Positions 55,998-64,000 of a DNA stretch of 64,000 nucleotides are shown piece by piece; the stretch's first letter is position 1, and every line of letters begins with the position of its first letter. The position numbers and the translations under genes were made by a program. Source of the DNA: an uncultured virus (IMG/VR IMGVR_UViG_3300034683_000137) (Duplodnaviria; Heunggongvirae; Uroviricota; Caudoviricetes). Location: the IMG/VR virus record IMGVR_UViG_3300034683_000137, one strand, 5' to 3'. The notes beneath the pieces were generated by a model. The model saw only the letters and a list, made by a program, of their open reading frames with translations, did not search any database and was not told the origin of the DNA.

Positions 55998-58265
55998 ATG
56001 AATAATATCAATTTAAAAAGCACATCCTCATTACAAGAGTTAGAAGCTTCTCTTTCTACACTTAATGTGCCTATTGTTATGTTTAAACTGTTATTAGATG
56101 CAATTAGAACTAATGACTTCTCTAAAATATCACAAACAATGATGAAAGAACGATATTTTCAGTCTGAAGATCTGGTTACAACACATATTGATAATGTAGT
56201 GTATCAAAATATATACAATCATGAAGATTATAATAATATAATGCTTTTAATTACTAAAATATTTTCTGTCATAAATACATTAGTTACCACAAGAAGAAAT
56301 ATAACTAATGTATATGAATTGGATAGTGATATCATCAATGATATATTAATATCATATGGGTTCGATATATATGATATATTCGATTTTAATTCTAGACAGA
56401 ATATAGCATACAAAATATATTCTTTTTTGCGCAAAAAAGGCACACCAAATTTATTAGGAGACTTTTTAGTTCAACTGGGTTATACATTTTTTACAATAAA
56501 TGAATATGATCTGAATAGAACATTGGATGAATGGTATCTAGTTCCAGATACAGTATATTATTCTGATGTGGCTAAACAATATAAAAATGTATTAGTAGCT
56601 AATGATATGAAACTTAGTGAAGTTGATGATATATTATGGTATTTAGATGAGCAGACATTAGATAGCATAGCTTTGAAAAACACATTTATATATCCAAAAA
56701 ACTGGTTATGTACATACAATCTAGATAATTTTAAACATTTACAGAAATATCTAAACTTACCAGATTATATATCTATTAAAGAAGTAGGGAGTTTCAATTT
56801 TAATTCCTTTACAAATAAGGCTGCTGTTGTAGTTAAATTAGACTATCCTGTTTCAGTAGATCATGATAATATACCCTTAAATAAGTTTAGAATATCCTAT
56901 GATGTAGAAGATGGTTATGGTAATGTTATGACTACCAAACCAGTGGCTGATATATCTGGACCACCACAATTTAAGACCAAAACAGTATGTTATATAATAA
57001 ATACTAAAAATAACAATATTGAAACAAAATATGTATTATATGATCAAGAATGGTATGATTATTATTTACAAGAATATCTTGATGCTTACAGTGCATGGCA
57101 ACCAAACACACAATATCTAGTTGGTAGTATAGTTATTCATAATGGTGTACCAAAAGAATGTATTAGAACACATCTGTCTGGAACTACATTTAATTATAAT
57201 CAAGATGGTGAACCAACGTGGATAGATGTTCGTGTTGAAAGCAACTGGTGGGTCAAAAATAATTATATCTCAGCGTTTAATTGTTCTCATCTATCAGATA
57301 TAGCATGTGCTTTTATGTCTGATAAATATCTATTGTTTACAAGCAGTGATGACAACACTAATGGTATGATGATAGATACATTTCGCAATGTTGTTTCAAC
57401 ATTAAGTTTTAATAATATAGTTCATATTATAAACAACATGTCATTAACTGATTATTTGAATGATAATTCATTGCATATTAAACAGAGTTATGATTATAAT
57501 GAATTTTTATTTATTTTGTTTTCAAATGATATAATAGTTATTAATAAAGCCAACAATACATGGTTTTCAATGAAAAATGATCTCTTAGATAAGCTAACTA
57601 TTATATTTAATATTGATCTTGGATCAAGACCATTAAATAAGTTTATGTGTACTAACAATTTTATGTATTTCATAGATAATACTTCAGGTGTTATTGGATT
57701 TGATGTTTATAAATTGGAAAACTATGTACAACAATGCTCTTTATTAAATGCTTTACCTGAAAGAGAAGTATTTACTCAAAATCTAAGTAATGATATATTT
57801 ATGTATGACATAGACGAGTTTTATTTGGATGATAATATCTCGTTTTTCATTGGTAGAGATAAAAAACTATATGTTAGTGGAAAAGTTATAAACTATGATT
57901 ATAATTCATCAAATTACAGATCTTTTGTAGATGATTATATGTGTATATGCTATGATATGTATTTAGAGAGATCTATTCAGATATTACATTCAGGATCATT
58001 ATTGAGAATAATTGGTATGGATTGTATGGGTAACTTAAGATGTATAGATGATAATAATTTCAAATGGCAATTGTTTTTATATGGCAATAGATATTATAAA
58101 GTTGATACTCAATTTATAATGACTTTCAAACCAATATTAGATTTAGCTTACTACGATTGGTTAAGCTATAATACACCAAATTTAATAATTACAACCTACG
58201 AGCCTCTTCAGATTGGACCTTTATTGGATCCTCAACATTATAATGAAATTGTTTTATCAGCATAA
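55998..58265 (+). CDS. baseplate/tail protein with a CBM5/12-like module
   Basis: LRKKGT wedge-type motif; AWQPNTQYLVGSIVIHNGVPKECIRTHLSG. Confidence 0.65.
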   Translation: MNNINLKSTSSLQELEASLSTLNVPIVMFKLLLDAIRTNDFSKISQTMMKERYFQSEDLVTTHIDNVVYQNIYNHEDYNNIMLLITKIFSVINTLVTTRRNITNVYELDSDIINDILISYGFDIYDIFDFNSRQNIAYKIYSFLRKKGTPNLLGDFLVQLGYTFFTINEYDLNRTLDEWYLVPDTVYYSDVAKQYKNVLVANDMKLSEVDDILWYLDEQTLDSIALKNTFIYPKNWLCTYNLDNFKHLQKYLNLPDYISIKEVGSFNFNSFTNKAAVVVKLDYPVSVDHDNIPLNKFRISYDVEDGYGNVMTTKPVADISGPPQFKTKTVCYIINTKNNNIETKYVLYDQEWYDYYLQEYLDAYSAWQPNTQYLVGSIVIHNGVPKECIRTHLSGTTFNYNQDGEPTWIDVRVESNWWVKNNYISAFNCSHLSDIACAFMSDKYLLFTSSDDNTNGMMIDTFRNVVSTLSFNNIVHIINNMSLTDYLNDNSLHIKQSYDYNEFLFILFSNDIIVINKANNTWFSMKNDLLDKLTIIFNIDLGSRPLNKFMCTNNFMYFIDNTSGVIGFDVYKLENYVQQCSLLNALPEREVFTQNLSNDIFMYDIDEFYLDDNISFFIGRDKKLYVSGKVINYDYNSSNYRSFVDDYMCICYDMYLERSIQILHSGSLLRIIGMDCMGNLRCIDDNNFKWQLFLYGNRYYKVDTQFIMTFKPILDLAYYDWLSYNTPNLIITTYEPLQIGPLLDPQHYNEIVLSA

Positions 58266-58287
58266 AAGCAAGAAGACTCCATCCTCT

Positions 58288-58443
58288 TTAGGATGGAGAT
58301 GAATTGCTAACATAATCTTTTAAAATTTTAATTATTAAGTTATTAAAACTTCTATTATCTTTTTTAGCAATATCCTCTAATTGTTTTTTAAGTTCTTTTG
58401 GTATAGTAATAACTGTTCTTGTGTTATCTTTTGAAATAGTCAT
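58288..58443 (-). CDS. ribbon-helix-helix DNA-binding protein (51 aa)
   Basis: MTISKDNTRTVITIPKELKKQLEDIAKKDNRSFNNLIIKILKDYV; SD GAGGTG; absent from the ORF track (too short). Confidence 0.85.
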   Translation of the reverse strand: MTISKDNTRTVITIPKELKKQLEDIAKKDNRSFNNLIIKILKDYVSNSSPS

Positions 58444-58485
58444 AATATCATCACCTCAATAACATTATACTATGATAACACATAA

Positions 58486-58514
58486 TTGACAAGGTGATAA
58501 CATCATGATATAAT
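58486..58514 (+). promoter_or_regulatory. tnpB promoter with TGATAACA direct repeats
   Basis: TTGACA-17-TATAAT; TGATAACA at 58473 and 58495. Confidence 0.8.
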
Positions 58515-58536
58515 AAAACTAAAAGGAGGTGAAAAT

Positions 58537-59778
58537 GTGAAAGTAAGTTTTAAATACTATCCTAAATTAAATCAATTACAACAAAATATTATAGAAGAAT
58601 TATCATATCATACAACAAAGCTATATAACATAGCAAACTATGAAAATAGAGAAAATGGTTTTAAAAACTATTATGAAACTGAAAAGTTATATAAGCAAAA
58701 TTATCATACACAATTTCTACATTCGCACACTTATCAATGGTGTTTGAAGATGTTAGAACAGGATTGGAAATCTTATTTTGCTTCAATAAAAGATTATAAG
58801 AAAAATCCAAATAAATATTTAGGATTGCCTAAACCACCAAAGTTTAAGAATACAAATAATAAAAAGAACGAGATAATATTTACAACAGCAGGGATAAGGT
58901 ATAAAAATGGTATATTAAAGCTATCATTATCAAAGGCAATACAAGATAAGTTTCAGGTTCAAAGTTTAAATTTTGACATGAAGAATGTCAAAATACCTGT
59001 GAATCTATCAAGGATTAATCAAATTAAATTACAATGGAATAATTCTTCTAAAAGATGGTATTTACTAATAATATGGGAAAATGAAATTATAAATAAAGTA
59101 ACTGGTGATAATGTAATGGCAATAGATTTAGGATTAGATAATCTTGCAACTTGTGTATTTAAAGATAATCCACAATGCATTATATTTAGTGGCAAACATA
59201 TTAAAAGTAAAAATGCTTATTATAATAAAGAAATAGCAAGGTTGACTTCTATTGTTATGAAACAATGTAAAAATAGTAAACATTTTAGAAGAACAAAGCA
59301 AATAATTAAACTACAAACTAAAAGAAATAACTATATTAAAGACCAAATACACAAGATTAGTAAAAATATAGTAGAATTAGCATTAACAATGGATTGCAAC
59401 ACAATAGTAATAGGTGATTTTTCAGGAATAAAGCAAGAAAATCACGCTAAAAGTTTTGTCCAAATACCACAGCAAGAATTAGTAAAAAAGATAAAGTATA
59501 AAGCAGAATTAGTAGGATTAAAAGTAATAATGGTTAATGAATCATATACCAGCGGATGTAGTGCAATAGATTTAGAAGAAATAAATAAAGCTAATTACAA
59601 TAAATCAAGAAGAATAACAAGAGGTCTTTTCAAAACAAATAATGGTATGTTAATTAACGCTGATGTAAATGGTGCATTGAATATATTAAGAAAATATATA
59701 AAAGGTATTCCCAAAGCAATAGAGATTGCGAGGGATAATGGGCGATTGGACAGTCCATTGAGAATAAGGGGAGTGTAA
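58537..59778 (+). CDS. tnpB: RNA-guided endonuclease TnpB
   Basis: AIDLGLDNLA, VNESYTS, NADVNGALNI. Confidence 0.93.
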   Translation: MKVSFKYYPKLNQLQQNIIEELSYHTTKLYNIANYENRENGFKNYYETEKLYKQNYHTQFLHSHTYQWCLKMLEQDWKSYFASIKDYKKNPNKYLGLPKPPKFKNTNNKKNEIIFTTAGIRYKNGILKLSLSKAIQDKFQVQSLNFDMKNVKIPVNLSRINQIKLQWNNSSKRWYLLIIWENEIINKVTGDNVMAIDLGLDNLATCVFKDNPQCIIFSGKHIKSKNAYYNKEIARLTSIVMKQCKNSKHFRRTKQIIKLQTKRNNYIKDQIHKISKNIVELALTMDCNTIVIGDFSGIKQENHAKSFVQIPQQELVKKIKYKAELVGLKVIMVNESYTSGCSAIDLEEINKANYNKSRRITRGLFKTNNGMLINADVNGALNILRKYIKGIPKAIEIARDNGRLDSPLRIRGV

Positions 59779-59870
59779 GCTACCAAACTTCTCATGAATC
59801 TCCCACTTCTTAGCGAAGCGTAAGTGGGAGAGGTTCAATATAATAGTTGTAGATAGGAGATGAATTATTA

Positions 59871-61637
59871 ATGTCTAATTTTCCACAACGAACATCATAT
59901 TTTTCAATAAATAATTTCTTAACAACACATATAATACAAGAAGCATCTATTGCATTAGATATAGTCAAACAATATTATGATTATCAGGAACTACATGGAT
60001 ACAATACTAGAGTATTATCAATTGAGGGATATGGAGAATTTATATCTTTTAATGAATTGTGTTTAGGATTGTGGATGGTATTTGATAGATTGTATTGGGG
60101 TTTTCCCCCAGAAGTTCAAGAAAGTGTTGGGATATCATCAATGGGGTGGAATGGGCCTATTGACAATCCTTATGTTGATATCCCAATGGCGTTGGAAATG
60201 TTTGATGAACTTTCTGCTAATGTATATGATACTGATGAGAAGTTTCTACGTATGCAAACAATTGAAAAATGGTTTTATAAACCAGGCCCAAATTTTTTAA
60301 ATTATTCAACATATGAAGTATTAAAAACAATGAATGAACCTTTTTATAATTGGATAGAAGCAAGACTACAAGCTATTGAAGATGCTTTAAATTCAGTTAC
60401 TATGATTACTAGAGTATCAAGAGATTACATATTTGATATTAAACCTTTTGCTAAATTCTTTGATAGTCAATACACACCAATTGATGACGATTTAAACTTA
60501 TTTAATAAAGCATTGCTTGATGGAAATAGATTCTATTTATCTTTTTTAGCTGTATTAGAACAGATATTATATGGTTTTACAAAGAAGATGTTTCCATTGC
60601 GTATATATGCTATTTTCTCTTATTTGTACAAGATATATATGAAAATAATTGTTGACTTTGTAAAACCATATCATGCTTATAATTTACAAACTGCACCCAT
60701 ACTACGAATAGATGGTGATATAGATGAATCTGTAACAACATCAGACTATATATCTAGAATAATAACTAAACAGATTGTTACTGGTGTAATGCACAGATTA
60801 TATGATTATGATGATACTAAAGATGATAGTTTATATGATGTCATCGTCAAAATAAGAGATTATATAAAGAGAATTATATATCACTCTGCTATTGATTATA
60901 TAAGATATGTACCAAATTTAGACGATGACGACGCTGTAGTTAATGTTTTTGATTATTCCTTGTTGGTTAACACACAAGATGAAATAATAGATGAAGAAAC
61001 CAAAGTATTTAAAGAAGAAATATATACTAAAGCATATAGTGGACATTTTCCTTCTACATGGAAATTTTATATACCCACAATGAACACAATAGATAAATTA
61101 CGTCAAAATTTGGAACATTTAACATGGGATCATATATCTGGTACTGTTGTTAATACTTGGAATAGGGATGTTATTTTAGTAGGACGAACTAAATATAAAA
61201 TATTACATGGTGTTGTTGATGTAGAAATATCTGCATTGTGTGATCCAGAAGTGAGATTTGCATTTAATTTTGATGCAGAACAGAATATAATACATCACCA
61301 TAATAGACATAATGAATTATTAAGCAATTGTTGGTGTTATAAACAAAATGTGGGTTGGTATAAGAAAAAATTACCATATATATATGATATAGGTTCAGCA
61401 CAATTTATAGATCCATATCCAAGAGAACTTAGACCTACAGATGTATTAGATATGTCTGAGTTTATGACATATGATGATATTGCTAATATAACATATTTAC
61501 CTTATAATGTTGGTTGGATTATACCTGTTGTATATATACCACGTGGAAAAAGTTTTAATAATATAACGTTTAATATGAGAATAAAACATATGATATATCC
61601 TTATCCAACAAATATATCATATGAATTGAGCGTATAA
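59871..61637 (+). CDS. baseplate/structural protein
   Basis: 588 aa; VDFVKPYHA wedge-type motif. Confidence 0.6.
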   Translation: MSNFPQRTSYFSINNFLTTHIIQEASIALDIVKQYYDYQELHGYNTRVLSIEGYGEFISFNELCLGLWMVFDRLYWGFPPEVQESVGISSMGWNGPIDNPYVDIPMALEMFDELSANVYDTDEKFLRMQTIEKWFYKPGPNFLNYSTYEVLKTMNEPFYNWIEARLQAIEDALNSVTMITRVSRDYIFDIKPFAKFFDSQYTPIDDDLNLFNKALLDGNRFYLSFLAVLEQILYGFTKKMFPLRIYAIFSYLYKIYMKIIVDFVKPYHAYNLQTAPILRIDGDIDESVTTSDYISRIITKQIVTGVMHRLYDYDDTKDDSLYDVIVKIRDYIKRIIYHSAIDYIRYVPNLDDDDAVVNVFDYSLLVNTQDEIIDEETKVFKEEIYTKAYSGHFPSTWKFYIPTMNTIDKLRQNLEHLTWDHISGTVVNTWNRDVILVGRTKYKILHGVVDVEISALCDPEVRFAFNFDAEQNIIHHHNRHNELLSNCWCYKQNVGWYKKKLPYIYDIGSAQFIDPYPRELRPTDVLDMSEFMTYDDIANITYLPYNVGWIIPVVYIPRGKSFNNITFNMRIKHMIYPYPTNISYELSV

Positions 61638-61660
61638 ATAAAGGAGGAAATGAATATAAT

Positions 61661-62233
61661 ATGGATAAGTATCTTAAGTTATATGATAATATTAAATATA
61701 AGGACAAATATTCATTTGAGGGTAGAGTAAAGATCTATAAAAACAACGATATTATAGTTGATAAGAATAACAAAATTGTACTAACTGGTAGAAATTATAT
61801 CATGCAACGACTGTTTGATTTGCCTTATAGTAGTACAAATGCTAAGAACGAATGGGTTCCACGATGGTTTTCTGTAGGTAATGGCGCAGCCACAATAGAT
61901 GCACCCTTTCAGCCAACTTGGCCAACTGATGATGATGCTGAGGTTTATAATATACTACCCTTTAATGATTTAGGTGGACCATTATATGATCCAACTAAAA
62001 CTAAGAAATTAATAGATAGCATATCATATTCTGCATATCTTACTGCTAAATTTTCTATGACTATTGACTATACTGATTGTATAGATACGTACATAAATGA
62101 AGCTGGATTATATGCTGCCCCATCAGAAGATCACAATGAGACTGATTTTGTCATGTTATCTCACGTAACATTTCCTTCTATCCCTAAATCTAATATGGAT
62201 AAGATAATTATTGAATGGTTTTTTGTGTTTTAA
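61661..62233 (+). CDS. baseplate structural protein
   Basis: NKIVLTGR, INEAGLY, HVTFPSIPK. Confidence 0.7.
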   Translation: MDKYLKLYDNIKYKDKYSFEGRVKIYKNNDIIVDKNNKIVLTGRNYIMQRLFDLPYSSTNAKNEWVPRWFSVGNGAATIDAPFQPTWPTDDDAEVYNILPFNDLGGPLYDPTKTKKLIDSISYSAYLTAKFSMTIDYTDCIDTYINEAGLYAAPSEDHNETDFVMLSHVTFPSIPKSNMDKIIIEWFFVF

Positions 62234-62252
62234 ATAGAGGAGGTTATTATTA

Positions 62253-63968
62253 ATGGCTTATGTGCTTACAACTCAATGGGATGCTATTCAGGAAAGAAAT
62301 ATAGATCCATTTTCACCAGTATTTTCTGATAATCATAATAAATTATTAAAAATACTTGGAAGACAGAATATATACATCGATGGATTAGATTATACGTTTA
62401 TATATGATTCAGCACAACAGAAGATAGTTATGCAGTTGACCAATGGTATTGTAGTTATGAACTATGTATGTATTGAATTTAAACAACCATCTACCATAGT
62501 AGTATTAGATCCTAATGCAGGCCCAATAAATCAAAAAGAATATTTTATAGTTGTTGAATATGAATATAGAAAAATACAACCACTAGCAGTTGCTTCCATT
62601 AAGACTATTCCAATAGAAACATATAATGAAACGAAACATTTAAAATTATTTTATCTTAAAACTGGTAACTGGTTAACTTTACCAAGTGAATCAGCATTTA
62701 ATACTTGGATTGCTAATGAGGATAATTTTAAAGATTTAAGAGCAGACCCAGCTTATCTTCCCAAATGGTTAACTGGAAGCTTTACGCCTATATATGGTGG
62801 TGTTATTGATGAAGATACAATAATCTATGTTGTTACTCCAACTGAACCAAATCAAGCAGCGAATAAGGAATATGTGGATACAGTAATAGCCAATCATGAT
62901 TCTCAACATGATGATAGGTTTGTTAAGAAATCTGGAGACACTATGACTGGTGTATTAACTTTAAGTGTACACCCATCAACTGTTAGAGATCCCTTGGGTA
63001 GTAGACAAGCAGCTACTAAAGGGTATGTAGACTATGCTGCTCAAGAAATAGATAATAGATTGGTTGCTGATTATGTGCCTAAGCTTGGTACTACAATGAC
63101 TGGATTTTTAACATTATATGATCATCCAGTTAATACAATGCATGCAGCTACAAAGGGTTTTGTTGATACCAGTATAAATAATTTAAAAAATTATGTTGAT
63201 ACCAATTTTGTTACACAAAACCAAGCAACTGGAACTTATGTTAAAAAAGCTGGAGATTCTATGACTGGTTATCTTACTCTCCATGCAGATCCAACTAATT
63301 TATTGCATGCTGCTACAAAACGATATGTTGATAATGAAATCACTGGTCTTAGAACATATGCTAATAATACCTTTGCTACAAAAACAGAAGCTACCAATAC
63401 TTATGTTAAAAAAGCTGGAGATGTAATGACTGGTACTCTGAAGATATCAGGTACCACTAAAGCTGAAGGTTATTTATATGCAGGATCTACAGCACCAACA
63501 GCAGCTTATAGATTGAATTTAGATGGATATTTTTATGCTACAAGAGTGTATAATGCAGTATATAATGACTTTGCTGATTGTTTGATACCTGAAGATGGTC
63601 TCTCATATGAAACTGCAAAAAATAAAATAGTAGCAATAGTAGACAATGATACTGTAGCATTAGCCAGTAAAGGATCTTCATCTGTAATTGGTATAGTTTC
63701 AGATTCTTATGCTTATTTAGCTGGTGGTAGTGAAGAAGAAATTAAATCTGGTAAAAAACTTCCAATATGTTCTGCTGGATATGTATGGGTAGATGTAGTA
63801 AATGTTGAAGATGCTCAAATTGGAGATTATATTATACCTGATGACAATGGTTATGGGAAAGTTATTAGTAAAACAGAACGAAAACAATATGCTGATCAAA
63901 TAGTTGGAAGAATTATTAATATTAATAAATCAGCCAATCAAGTTAGAGTTATGTTTATACCATCCTAA
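62253..63968 (+). CDS. tail fibre protein
   Basis: repeats YVKKAGD.MTG and HAATK.YVD; C-terminal VYNDFAD chaperone-like domain. Confidence 0.85.
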   Translation: MAYVLTTQWDAIQERNIDPFSPVFSDNHNKLLKILGRQNIYIDGLDYTFIYDSAQQKIVMQLTNGIVVMNYVCIEFKQPSTIVVLDPNAGPINQKEYFIVVEYEYRKIQPLAVASIKTIPIETYNETKHLKLFYLKTGNWLTLPSESAFNTWIANEDNFKDLRADPAYLPKWLTGSFTPIYGGVIDEDTIIYVVTPTEPNQAANKEYVDTVIANHDSQHDDRFVKKSGDTMTGVLTLSVHPSTVRDPLGSRQAATKGYVDYAAQEIDNRLVADYVPKLGTTMTGFLTLYDHPVNTMHAATKGFVDTSINNLKNYVDTNFVTQNQATGTYVKKAGDSMTGYLTLHADPTNLLHAATKRYVDNEITGLRTYANNTFATKTEATNTYVKKAGDVMTGTLKISGTTKAEGYLYAGSTAPTAAYRLNLDGYFYATRVYNAVYNDFADCLIPEDGLSYETAKNKIVAIVDNDTVALASKGSSSVIGIVSDSYAYLAGGSEEEIKSGKKLPICSAGYVWVDVVNVEDAQIGDYIIPDDNGYGKVISKTERKQYADQIVGRIININKSANQVRVMFIPS

Positions 63969-64000
63969 GGAATGATTGTATATGTGGACATCTCCTGATA

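Larger units (their letters stand above)
58258..59838 (+). mobile_element. non-autonomous IS200/IS605 (IS1341-type) element carrying RHH and tnpB
   Basis: follows TTTAT; left hairpin CTCCATCCT-cttt-AGGATGGAG; right hairpin then GGTTCAA; no tnpA. Confidence 0.85.

Noticed and set aside
55998..61637. One large gene interrupted by the tnpB element (IStron-like)
   Set aside because: Rejoining the flanks gives an immediate stop; the downstream gene has its own SD; no intron structure seen.
1..64000. Antisense ORFs overlapping core genes, tRNAs, stop-codon reassignment
   Set aside because: Shadow ORFs lack SD and motifs; no tRNA cloverleaf recognised; core genes are full length in the standard code.

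Overview
AT-rich 64-kb segment of a large T4-like (contractile-tail) bacteriophage genome, probably infecting an anaerobic low-GC bacterium (consensus TTGACA-17-TATAAT promoters, GGAGG SD sites, class III RNR, IS200/IS605-type elements). Genes run almost all on the - strand from 1 to ~30.2 kb and on the + strand from ~31.4 kb. The switch point is an extremely AT-rich non-coding stretch with 32-bp-phased repeats, a likely origin. Core genes include primase, clamp, clamp loader, DnaB-like helicase, RNase H/FEN, RecA, SF2 helicase, resolvase, portal, prohead protease, major capsid, neck, baseplate, PAAR and tail fibre. Highlights: (1) a family-4 UDG-PolB polymerase split into two genes at the YGD|TDS motif and joinable by a cysteine-free split intein; the gap holds an oppositely transcribed cassette with a DUF1874/AcrIII-1-like ring-nuclease homologue instead of a homing endonuclease; (2) a class III RNR split into two genes in permuted order, with a cis mini-intein in the C-terminal half; (3) four IS200/IS605-type traces (intact IscB with omega-RNA, RHH+TnpB, a 51-bp collapsed element, a TnpB 3' remnant), three of them inserted at gene stop codons; (4) a 20-bp promoter-like motif always followed by a hairpin; (5) a tandem-PAS protein, an Sm-like protein, an orphan Panacea antitoxin and a candidate +1 frameshift. 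All protein calls come from motif recognition by eye; no database searches were run.
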